From: Acidobacteriota bacterium
GTDB lineage: Bacteria > Acidobacteriota > Terriglobia > Acidiferrales > UBA7541
Direction of reading: 5' to 3'
DNA: 64,000 nucleotides
Assembly: GCA_013289955.1 (NCBI GenBank)
Contig: JABCYZ010000019.1
Span: 28,090-92,089 of the forward strand
Shown here: positions 56,746 to 64,000 of the stretch, piece by piece
Layout of the letters: each line of letters begins with the position of its first letter
Position numbering within the stretch: the first letter of the stretch is position 1
The notes under the pieces: generated by a model
Seen by the model: only the letters and a program-made list of their open reading frames with translations
Told to the model about the DNA's origin: nothing
Databases searched by the model: none
Position numbers and translations under genes: made by a program

Positions 56746-57597
56746 CTAGCGCAAAAGATCCTCGAGCTGGATGCGGGAATCGGTTCTGGCGTCGCGGTAT
56801 TTCACGATGACGGCGCATTGCAGGCTGAGTCCATGTTTCGCACCCACCGGATGCGAGACAGCGCGCGAGCCGGGAACCACGATGGCTTCCTGAGGAATGA
56901 CCAGCGGCAAAGATTCGCCGGCGGTGTACACCGCGTCGCGGACGAGATCGTAGACGGGAATCGAGCGACTCAGAATCGTGCCGGTGCCGAGAACCGCGCG
57001 ATGCTTCACGACGGTTCCTTCATACACCCCCGAATTTCCTCCCACGAGCACTTCGTCTTCAATGATCACTGGCATCGCGCCTACGGGCTCGAGCACGCCG
57101 CCGATCTGTGAGCCCGCCGAAATATGGCAGTTGCGGCCAATCTGCGCGCAGCTGCCGACCAGCGCGTGCGAATCGATCATCGTGCCGTCGCCCACGTACG
57201 CGCCCACGTTGACGAACATCGGCGGCATGCAAACGACGCCACGCCCGATGTAGGAGCCATCGCGAATGCTCGAGCCGCCGGGAACGATGCGAATTCCGTC
57301 GGCGGCCGTCACGGCGCGAACCGGATACGTGGACTTGTCGATGAACGGCTGGCGCAGGGGATCGACGGACATGTCGACGGCCACACCCATCTGAAAGCCG
57401 AGAAGAATTCCCTTCTTTACCCAGGCATTGACGCGCCAGCCCGTCGGTGAGGTAGCATCCGGCTCTGCCGCGCGGACTTCGCCGCGGTTTACGGCGTCCT
57501 TGAATTCGCGGAAGAGCCGGAAGTGTTCTTCGCTGTAGTGAGCCGGAGGCTCGTCAAACAGCTTTTCGATTTGCTGCTGCCGCATGAACCCGCTCAT
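56746..57597 (-). CDS. dapD: Tetrahydrodipicolinate N-succinyltransferase
   Basis: VNAWVKKGILLGF, CMPPMFVNVGAY, VGSCAQIG, IGGVLEP and hexapeptide repeats. Confidence 0.95.
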   Translation of the reverse strand: MSGFMRQQQIEKLFDEPPAHYSEEHFRLFREFKDAVNRGEVRAAEPDATSPTGWRVNAWVKKGILLGFQMGVAVDMSVDPLRQPFIDKSTYPVRAVTAADGIRIVPGGSSIRDGSYIGRGVVCMPPMFVNVGAYVGDGTMIDSHALVGSCAQIGRNCHISAGSQIGGVLEPVGAMPVIIEDEVLVGGNSGVYEGTVVKHRAVLGTGTILSRSIPVYDLVRDAVYTAGESLPLVIPQEAIVVPGSRAVSHPVGAKHGLSLQCAVIVKYRDARTDSRIQLEDLLR

Positions 57598-58532
57598 GCG
57601 GCGGCGTGAGCGGCCGCATGGGACAGTGTGGCGGCTTCATCGGCAGGTGCGGCAGCCGTGACCAGATGGAGCGATTCGAGCACGGAGCGAATGCGCACTG
57701 CGCTTTCCGCTTTCGGCCTAACGAGGGGGAGACGCCACACCGGTTCGAGCAAACCCATCTGCGCCATGGCTGCTTTCACCGGGATGGGATTCGACTCGAC
57801 GAAGTTCACTTCCATGAGCGGATGTATGCGCCGGTGAATTTCCCGCGCGGCCGGGAAATCGCCGTCGAGAGCGAACCGCGTTAGGAGTGCCATTTCGGCC
57901 GGCATTTCGTTGGACAAGACGGAAATAACGCCGCGTCCGCCAAGAGCGATCAGCGGCAGGGTGATCGCGTCATCGCCGCTGATGACACTGAAATCGTCCG
58001 GCACGGCGTTGAGTATCGCCGACATTTGCGACATGTTCCCCGACGCTTCCTTGATGCCGACGATATTTTCAATCGCGGCGAGACGCCCTACTGTTCCAGG
58101 CTCAATGTTCACACCCGTGCGTCCCTGCACGCTATAGAGAACCATGGGGAGCGTAATGGCTTCGGCGATCGCGCGATAATGCTGGAACAGGCCTTCCTGC
58201 GTCGGTTTGTTGTAGTACGGCGTGACGGAAAGAATTCCGTCCGCGCCGATTTCCGCGAGTTCGCGCGCCAGCACGATCACTTCGGCGGTGTTGTAGCCGC
58301 CTGCGCCGGCCAGCACGGGCACGCGTCCCTTTGCCAGCTCGACGGCGATCTCGACGATGCGCAGATGCTCTTCGTGCGTCAGCGTGGGGCTTTCGCCCGT
58401 CGTGCCGCAGGGCACCAGAAAATCAATGCCCGCCTCCATCTGGCGCTTGATCAGCGCGCGTAGGGTGGGTTCATCGAGCGAACCATCGCGGCGGAATGGA
58501 GTGACGAGCGCAGTGCCTGTACCTGTAAACAT
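57594..58532 (-). CDS. dapA: 4-hydroxy-tetrahydrodipicolinate synthase
   Basis: ALVTPF, GTTGESPTL, PYYNKP, GIKEASG, SGDD and ESNPIPVK. Confidence 0.97.
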   Translation of the reverse strand: MFTGTGTALVTPFRRDGSLDEPTLRALIKRQMEAGIDFLVPCGTTGESPTLTHEEHLRIVEIAVELAKGRVPVLAGAGGYNTAEVIVLARELAEIGADGILSVTPYYNKPTQEGLFQHYRAIAEAITLPMVLYSVQGRTGVNIEPGTVGRLAAIENIVGIKEASGNMSQMSAILNAVPDDFSVISGDDAITLPLIALGGRGVISVLSNEMPAEMALLTRFALDGDFPAAREIHRRIHPLMEVNFVESNPIPVKAAMAQMGLLEPVWRLPLVRPKAESAVRIRSVLESLHLVTAAAPADEAATLSHAAAHAAA

Positions 58533-58655
58533 GGTGATTCTCCTTCTTTTTCTGAACGTCGTACTGCTTACTGCCAAAAACTGCGGATGGCGGCTGGGAG
58601 GCCGCCGCAACAAAACCAACGGCGCCGGCCTCACGGCCGACGCCAGGGAAACTCC

Positions 58656-59357
58656 TCAGAGTAATTCGCCGAGGATCTCCTTAAACTCGTAGAAACCTTT
58701 TTTCCCGGCGATCCAGCGCGCCGCTTGCAGAGCGCCACGCGCAAATCCTTCGCGGCTGCGCGCTGTGTGGCGCAGGGTGATGGTGTCCGCGAGCGAGTCG
58801 AACCCAATTTCATGCGTGCCAGGAATCGCTCCTGCCCGGTTGGAACTGAGGCTGATGGGCCGTGTGTAACCCGCGGCCTTCATCTGTTCCGCCAGTATCT
58901 TGAGCGTGCCGCTGGGGGCGTCTTTTTTCGCGGAATGGTGAATCTCCCAGCCCCAGGCTTCATACTCCGGGTGTTTGGCGATAAGAGCGGAAGCTTGCGC
59001 AACTGTTTCCAGGAAAAGATTCAGGCCCACCGAAAAGTTTGCGGCCCAGACGAGCCCGCTGCTCCCGTTGACAACCGCTTCCCGCGCCGCGTGGAGCTGT
59101 TCGAACCAGCCCGTGGTGCCGACGACCGACCTGACGCCGAGGGCGGCAAGGCGGCGGATATTTACCGGCGCAGCCTCGGGAGTGGTGAATTCAACGGCGA
59201 CGTCGCTCCCGCCGAGCGTCTCGCGGGAGAGGCCCTCGGCGCCCGAATTGTTGGCGCCAGAAAATCTTGCGCGGACTTCGAAGCCGTATTCCGGCGCGAG
59301 CCGCTCGATGAGCTTGCCCATTTTTCCGTAGCCGACGATGGCGAGGCCCTGGGTCAT
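58656..59357 (-). CDS. dapB: 4-hydroxy-tetrahydrodipicolinate reductase
   Basis: GYGKMG, VVGTTG, ANFSVG, EIHHSAKKDAPSGT and HTARSREGFARGA. Confidence 0.96.
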   Translation of the reverse strand: MTQGLAIVGYGKMGKLIERLAPEYGFEVRARFSGANNSGAEGLSRETLGGSDVAVEFTTPEAAPVNIRRLAALGVRSVVGTTGWFEQLHAAREAVVNGSSGLVWAANFSVGLNLFLETVAQASALIAKHPEYEAWGWEIHHSAKKDAPSGTLKILAEQMKAAGYTRPISLSSNRAGAIPGTHEIGFDSLADTITLRHTARSREGFARGALQAARWIAGKKGFYEFKEILGELL

Positions 59358-60376
59358 GCTTCGGCGCCTCCGGTCAGGAGAAGCTGCCTCGCCATGCGCG
59401 CGTAGATATCCACGGCTTCCGTCAGTTGTTTTTTCGGGATGCGTTCTTCGGCGGTGTGCGCCAAATGGATGCTCCCTGGACCGATCAAAAATGGCTGGCC
59501 CCACGCGCCGTTAAATGTAGGAATGTCGGTGGCGAAGGCGACGACGGTAGTGGGAAGTCCATCGAAAGCGGAGAGCCGCAACGCGGGCGTGTAGAACACT
59601 TCGCGGACTTCGGCGCGTCCCCCGGCCGCTGCCTGAACGGCTTGGCGAATTTCCTCGGGATTCCCCACCGTGCGAAACATGATTTCCGCCTGCGCGTGGT
59701 CGGCAACCACGTTTGGCGCGCGACCTCCGGCGATCGTGCCAATATTCAGGGTGCTCTGTCCCAGCAGCGGATCTTCCGGCAGCGGGATCATGCGAATGGC
59801 CCGCAAGACGTCGAGCAGCGAGTGGATCGCGGAGTGGCCCAGTTCGGGGTAAGCAGAGTGGGCAAGTTTTCCGTGCGCGGTAACTTCAAAACGCAGCGCG
59901 CCCTTGGAACCGAGAGCAAGCTGATTTTCGGTGGGCTCGCCATTAATCAGGAACCGCGCGCCACGCGGATCGGCGGCAGCCACTTTTGCGCCGGCGCTGT
60001 TGCGCTCCTCTCCGACCACAAAAAGCAATCCGAGATTTGTGACGCCGGAGTCGAGAAGCTTCCCGACGGCGGCAATCATCGCGGCGATGATGCCTTTGGC
60101 GTCGCAGGAGCCGCGTCCCCAGATGAATTCGGCATCTTCGAGGGACGGAAAAAACGGCGGCACCGTGTCCATGTGCGTCGAAAGCGTGACGATAGGTTCG
60201 CCCCAGGAGGCAAAAATGTTATCGCGGTCCGGCTCGACCGGAATGCGTTCGAGGCGGCCGGACGTGCGGGAGGCGAGCATGGACAGTTCGGCGATCAAGA
60301 AGTCCGCCACCTGTTGCTCGCGATTGGTCGTCGATTCGATATCGACAAGCGCGCGCGTAAGTTCAAAAAGATTCAT
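59354..60376 (-). CDS. M20 ArgE/DapE-like deacylase, probable succinyl-DAP desuccinylase by context
   Basis: THMDTV, GRGSCDAKG, VGEE, NGEPT and GSIHLAH; first gene of the riboswitch-led dap operon; ATGA-coupled to dapB. Confidence 0.85.
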   Translation of the reverse strand: MNLFELTRALVDIESTTNREQQVADFLIAELSMLASRTSGRLERIPVEPDRDNIFASWGEPIVTLSTHMDTVPPFFPSLEDAEFIWGRGSCDAKGIIAAMIAAVGKLLDSGVTNLGLLFVVGEERNSAGAKVAAADPRGARFLINGEPTENQLALGSKGALRFEVTAHGKLAHSAYPELGHSAIHSLLDVLRAIRMIPLPEDPLLGQSTLNIGTIAGGRAPNVVADHAQAEIMFRTVGNPEEIRQAVQAAAGGRAEVREVFYTPALRLSAFDGLPTTVVAFATDIPTFNGAWGQPFLIGPGSIHLAHTAEERIPKKQLTEAVDIYARMARQLLLTGGAEA

Positions 60377-60446
60377 TCGACCGGCTGTTTCTGGAGGGAA
60401 CGATACGAAAGGAAGGAACCACGAAGAAATGCTCGAGGCCGCTGCC

Positions 60447-60666
60447 TCTCGATAGCGCTCCATCCGGCTTTAGCACTGGCCATGGCTAAACGGCCATCTA
60501 AACGGATGACAGTGGACAGGCCTTAGACCTGTTCCCCAACCGCTGCGGCAACAGCTACCGCTGCGATTTCGGCGGAGTACAACAATCTGGCCCCTTTTGC
60601 CGCGGCCTCCGAAGCTGATCGGAACTGCTCGCCGGGCTACTCATGGCCTCCGCACCTCTACCAAGA
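60447..60666 (-). ncRNA. Lysine riboswitch (L-box) with enlarged P2 and P5
   Basis: Minus strand TAGAGGTGCG..ATGAGTA..AAAAGGGG..GCCGAA..TGGG..ACTGTCA..TGGAGCGCTA; 9-bp P1 TCTTGGTAG/CTATCGAGA; complementary L2/L3; lies upstream of the dap genes. Confidence 0.93.
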
Positions 60667-60719
60667 ACAATCCAAGTGTAGAAGAGCCGTGGGGAAAAAG
60701 CGAGTGGAATTTGGAGCGG

Positions 60720-61523
60720 CTAAAGTTCAAGCGGCTTGAGCGGAACCTCTTGCGTGGCAATGAGGAGTTCGCCGCGGAACGCACATTCGGCGGGGCGGCG
60801 ATCAAGCGCTTCTTCGGCGGAGAGGCGCGCCAGGTCGGGGTTGTTGTTTTCTTGCGACAAGTGCGCGAGGACAAGGTAGCGCGCACGCGCGTCAAAACCC
60901 TCGGGATCAGAAAGATATTCGCTGACGGCGTGATTCGAGAGGTGCCCGGTGCGGCTCAGAACACGCTGCTTGACGACCCACGGATAGGGGCCGACTTTGA
61001 GCATGTCCAGATCGTGATTTGATTCGAGCAGCAGACAATCGGCGCCGCGCAGATGAACTTTTACGAGTTCGGGCATGTAACCGAGGTCGGTGACGAGCGC
61101 CATCTTCGTGCCGTTGGTGCGGAACGTGAAACCGATGGGATCGGCGGCGTCATGCGGGATTTGAAAGGCGTGGACATCGATATCGCCAATCGTGAAGTGC
61201 TGGCCAGCCTGAATGGTCTCCACGCCGCGCAACCTCGTCGCGAGGCGGTCGGGCAGGGCGCGGTGCAGCGCGTCCATGGTCTGTTCGGTTACATAGAGAG
61301 GCGCCTTCCAAAGGCCGAGCATTTGCGGAAGGCCGTTGCAATGGTCGCTATGTTCGTGGGAGATAAGGATGCCGTCGATGCGGTCAACGTTTTGTTCGAT
61401 GGCCGCGAGGCGGGCTAAAGTTTCTCGTTTGCCGAGGCCGCAGTCCACAAGGAGTCGGGTGCGCGGCGTCTCGAGCAGTGTGATATTGCCCGAGCTGCCT
61501 GACGCCAAAATGGAAACCCGCAA
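60720..61523 (-). CDS. Metallo-beta-lactamase-fold hydrolase (YycJ/WalJ-like)
   Basis: LASGSSGN, SHEHSDH, PHDAADP, TDLG, LESNHD, GHLSN and AHLSQENN. Likely TTG start at 61523. Confidence 0.9.
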   Translation of the reverse strand: MRVSILASGSSGNITLLETPRTRLLVDCGLGKRETLARLAAIEQNVDRIDGILISHEHSDHCNGLPQMLGLWKAPLYVTEQTMDALHRALPDRLATRLRGVETIQAGQHFTIGDIDVHAFQIPHDAADPIGFTFRTNGTKMALVTDLGYMPELVKVHLRGADCLLLESNHDLDMLKVGPYPWVVKQRVLSRTGHLSNHAVSEYLSDPEGFDARARYLVLAHLSQENNNPDLARLSAEEALDRRPAECAFRGELLIATQEVPLKPLEL

Positions 61524-61722
61524 GCCGATCGGTTTCTCCTCGTGACTGCCGGAAATAGACCGCAGGGCTTTCTGGACTTCGGCCTGCGCTTCAGTGAAAA
61601 CTAATTTGAGAATGATGGCAGAGCCGTCTTCTGTCGTCAACGCTTACTATCGGCTGGAATTTTCACGTTTCACGTCCGCTATGGAAGACGGACTCGAGGT
61701 CGCTATTCTGTGAGTCGCCTTA

Positions 61723-63006
61723 CTAGCAGGACAGGCGGGAACGCTCGAGCGTGAAGCCGTTCAGCGGGCCGAGGACGGTTACGGCGATTTGGTCGGGGCG
61801 GAAGAATTCGCGGGCCAGGGATTGGACTTCGGCCAGGGTAACGGTTTCGATGGAGGCGAGGATTTCGTCGAGCGAATAAAAGCGGCCGAAGTAGAGTTCC
61901 TGGCGGGCCAGATTCGACATGCGCGACGTGGTGGATTCGAGCGAGAGCATCAGCGAACCCTTGAGATGATTTTTTGCGCGGGTGAGCTCTTCTTCGCTTA
62001 CGGCCGATTCCTTCATGGCGCGAAATTCCTTGATGGTGAGGTCGATGACCTGGCCGATGGTTTCTTTCGCTGTGCCGGCGTAAACGGTGAACATGCCGGC
62101 GTCGGAATAGGGCGTGAGCTCGCTGAAGACGGCGTAGGCCAGGCCTTCCTTTTCGCGGATGTTCTGGAAGAGGCGCGAGGACATGCCACCTCCGAGGAGA
62201 TTGTTGAGGACGGCGGCGGCGAAGCGCGCCTCATGGCCGAGCGGCAATGCCGGAACGCCGATGCAAAGATGGACTTGCTCGAGGTCGCGCTTGGTTTCGA
62301 GATGGATGGGCGCTCGGGTCACGGGAGCGGTGTGATCTTCGAGCGTGCGCGCGGGACGGAGGTCGCCGAACTCGCGCTGGACGAGCTCCAAAACCCTTTC
62401 GTGAGTGACATTCCCCGCGGCGGTGATCACGAGGTGATCGGGAGCGAACCAGTCGCGGAAACGCTCGACAAGATGATCGCGGTTGAAGGCGCGAACGGTT
62501 TCGGGGGTGCCGAGAATCGGGCGGCCTAGCGGATGCTCGGGCCAAAAGCCGCGCGTGAAAATGTCGTGAAGCTGATACTCGGGATTGTCGAGGTCCATCT
62601 TGATTTCTTCGAGGACAACCTGACGCTCTTTTTTTACATCCTGGGAATCGAACTTGGGGCGCAGGACGAGATCCGCAATGACATCAAAGGCGATGGGCAG
62701 ATGCTCGTCGAGAACCTTGGCGTTGAAGCATATTTGCTCTTTCGAGGTGAAGGCGTCGAGCATGCCGCCGACGGAATCCATTTCGCGGGCGATGGCTTCG
62801 GCGGAGCGGCGTTCCGTGCCCTTGAAGACCATGTGCTCGATGAAATGGGCGAGGCCGTTTTCTTCCTGGACTTCGCGGCGTGAGCCGTTGCGGATCCACA
62901 CGCCGACGGAGACGGAACGGACATGGGTCATCGTTTCGGTGATGACCACAAGGCCGTTGCCGAGGACGTGCTTCTGGATATCGCGGACTTCCGTGGCAGT
63001 CGCCAT
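61723..63006 (-). CDS. M16 (pitrilysin-family) zinc peptidase
   Basis: Inverted zinc motif HFIEH, FKGT, NAFT-like DAFTSKE, SSRLFQNIREKEGLAY. Confidence 0.93.
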   Translation of the reverse strand: MATATEVRDIQKHVLGNGLVVITETMTHVRSVSVGVWIRNGSRREVQEENGLAHFIEHMVFKGTERRSAEAIAREMDSVGGMLDAFTSKEQICFNAKVLDEHLPIAFDVIADLVLRPKFDSQDVKKERQVVLEEIKMDLDNPEYQLHDIFTRGFWPEHPLGRPILGTPETVRAFNRDHLVERFRDWFAPDHLVITAAGNVTHERVLELVQREFGDLRPARTLEDHTAPVTRAPIHLETKRDLEQVHLCIGVPALPLGHEARFAAAVLNNLLGGGMSSRLFQNIREKEGLAYAVFSELTPYSDAGMFTVYAGTAKETIGQVIDLTIKEFRAMKESAVSEEELTRAKNHLKGSLMLSLESTTSRMSNLARQELYFGRFYSLDEILASIETVTLAEVQSLAREFFRPDQIAVTVLGPLNGFTLERSRLSC

Positions 63007-63103
63007 AACTCAATTGTGACACAGGCGGCCTCGAAAAGCGCACGGGTTAGAGTGCCTGAGTTTTCTACCCGGAGTGCAAAAGCGCACACCAGGATTGGCT
63101 CGG

Positions 63104-63700
63104 CTACAGCAACTTCTCGTCGGGGTGGAGCTTGCCGTATTCGCTCGTGTAGTGCAGGGGGACGTCGCCGTAGGTGCCCTTTTCGCGCGTATAGACTTCG
63201 CAACTGTCGAAAGGCTTCGAGTAGACGTGGATGCTGACGGCGCGTTGATGGAACTCGGCCAGATTCAGGACCTGGTGAACTGGTTCCAGCGGATTCACGT
63301 GGACGGGATGCGCGGCGTCCATCTCGTAGATTTCCGTGGGGGCGATTTTGCAGGTGCCGCAGCTTGCGTCTTTTTCATCGACGCGGAAATTCTGGATTTT
63401 CAGGCGGCCGATGGGAGCGGACATCCAGCAGTTTTGATCGCGATGATTGTGGATGCGGCTGTGCTGCCCGATTTCCCAGCAGATGGTCATGCACTCGAAG
63501 AGATCGTTCTTGAAAATGAGATTGCGCGTGTAATTCCCTTTCGAGAAGAAGAGATATTTCTCAATAGTTTCGGGGCGGACGGCGTGGCGGATGATGTAGT
63601 CCTGAACGTTTTCGAGGGAGAAATCGCGCTCCGGAATGGCAGCGAGGCCCGTGACCCAGTCGGCGATGGCCAGTGGCTCGACGGCAAGTTGTTTTGGCAT
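63104..63700 (-). CDS. Cysteine dioxygenase (eukaryote-like)
   Basis: YTRN, ICW, IHNH, VHQV and SIHVYSKPF; 3-His iron site; start ATG 63700. Confidence 0.9.
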   Translation of the reverse strand: MPKQLAVEPLAIADWVTGLAAIPERDFSLENVQDYIIRHAVRPETIEKYLFFSKGNYTRNLIFKNDLFECMTICWEIGQHSRIHNHRDQNCWMSAPIGRLKIQNFRVDEKDASCGTCKIAPTEIYEMDAAHPVHVNPLEPVHQVLNLAEFHQRAVSIHVYSKPFDSCEVYTREKGTYGDVPLHYTSEYGKLHPDEKLL

Positions 63701-63828
63701 GGTAAGAAAATTATACCGCCGAAAAGAAGCAGAGAACCACGCAAAGAAGAAATTCGTGAGCAAAACACGATATTCTGTAGGGTGATTCGCGGTGGAACGG
63801 CGCGAAGATCGCGCCCTTGGAATGATCT

Positions 63829-64000
63829 ATGGAATTGCTTGGAAAATCGAAAGACGAGCTTCGGGAAATATGTGTGGGGATGGGCGAGCCTGCCTATCGC
63901 GGCGGGCAGATCTATCACGCGCTGTATGCGGAGAGAAAACTCGATTTTAGGTCGATGACGAATTTACCGGCGGGTTTGCGAGAAAAATTCGCGAAGGAAG
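63829..64000 (+). CDS. rlmN: Radical SAM rRNA/tRNA methyltransferase RlmN, 5' part (runs off window)
   Basis: Manual translation MELLGKSKDELREICVGMGEPAYRGGQIYHALYAERKLDFRSMTNLPAGLREKF matches the RlmN N-terminus (GEPxYRxxQI, MTNLP). Absent from the ORF track. Confidence 0.8.
   Translation, partial: MELLGKSKDELREICVGMGEPAYRGGQIYHALYAERKLDFRSMTNLPAGLREKFAKE

Noticed and set aside
1-64000. In-frame UGA selenoprotein candidates, prompted by selA
   Set aside because: OsmC, CDO and the dehydrogenases carry Cys codons, and I saw no gene truncated by UGA at a catalytic position. This was checked by eye only.

Overview
A 64-kb GC-rich chromosomal window, most likely from an Acidobacteriota genome. 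This is inferred from a PadR + duplicated orphan permease pair, an Oar-like TonB-dependent receptor and futalosine-pathway genes. It is mostly housekeeping: ispF-ispD-PIN/TRAM-alr, the TPR-ispE-prs-rplY-pth-rpsF-rpsR-rplI-dnaB string, purH, purB, selA, larB, ubiX-mqnP-mqnE, efp, a dap operon and the start of rlmN. Accessory genes are interleaved. I found no CRISPR array, rRNA, tRNA, transposase or integrase. Highlights not in the ORF track: (1) an enlarged lysine riboswitch (60447-60666, minus) ahead of an M20-dapB-dapA-dapD operon; (2) a Fic protein with an AbiEi-like N-terminal half, preceded by a 3 x 24-bp degenerate tandem repeat; (3) a cysteine dioxygenase with the eukaryote-type Cys for the Cys-Tyr crosslink; (4) an ECF sigma/ZAS anti-sigma operon with two exported HEAT-repeat proteins and a candidate autoregulated promoter; (5) EF-P with Asn at the normally modified Lys34 position; (6) a tandem palindromic PadR operator; (7) an orphan PstS with an altered phosphate-binding loop. 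All family assignments come from motif recognition by eye; no database searches were run.
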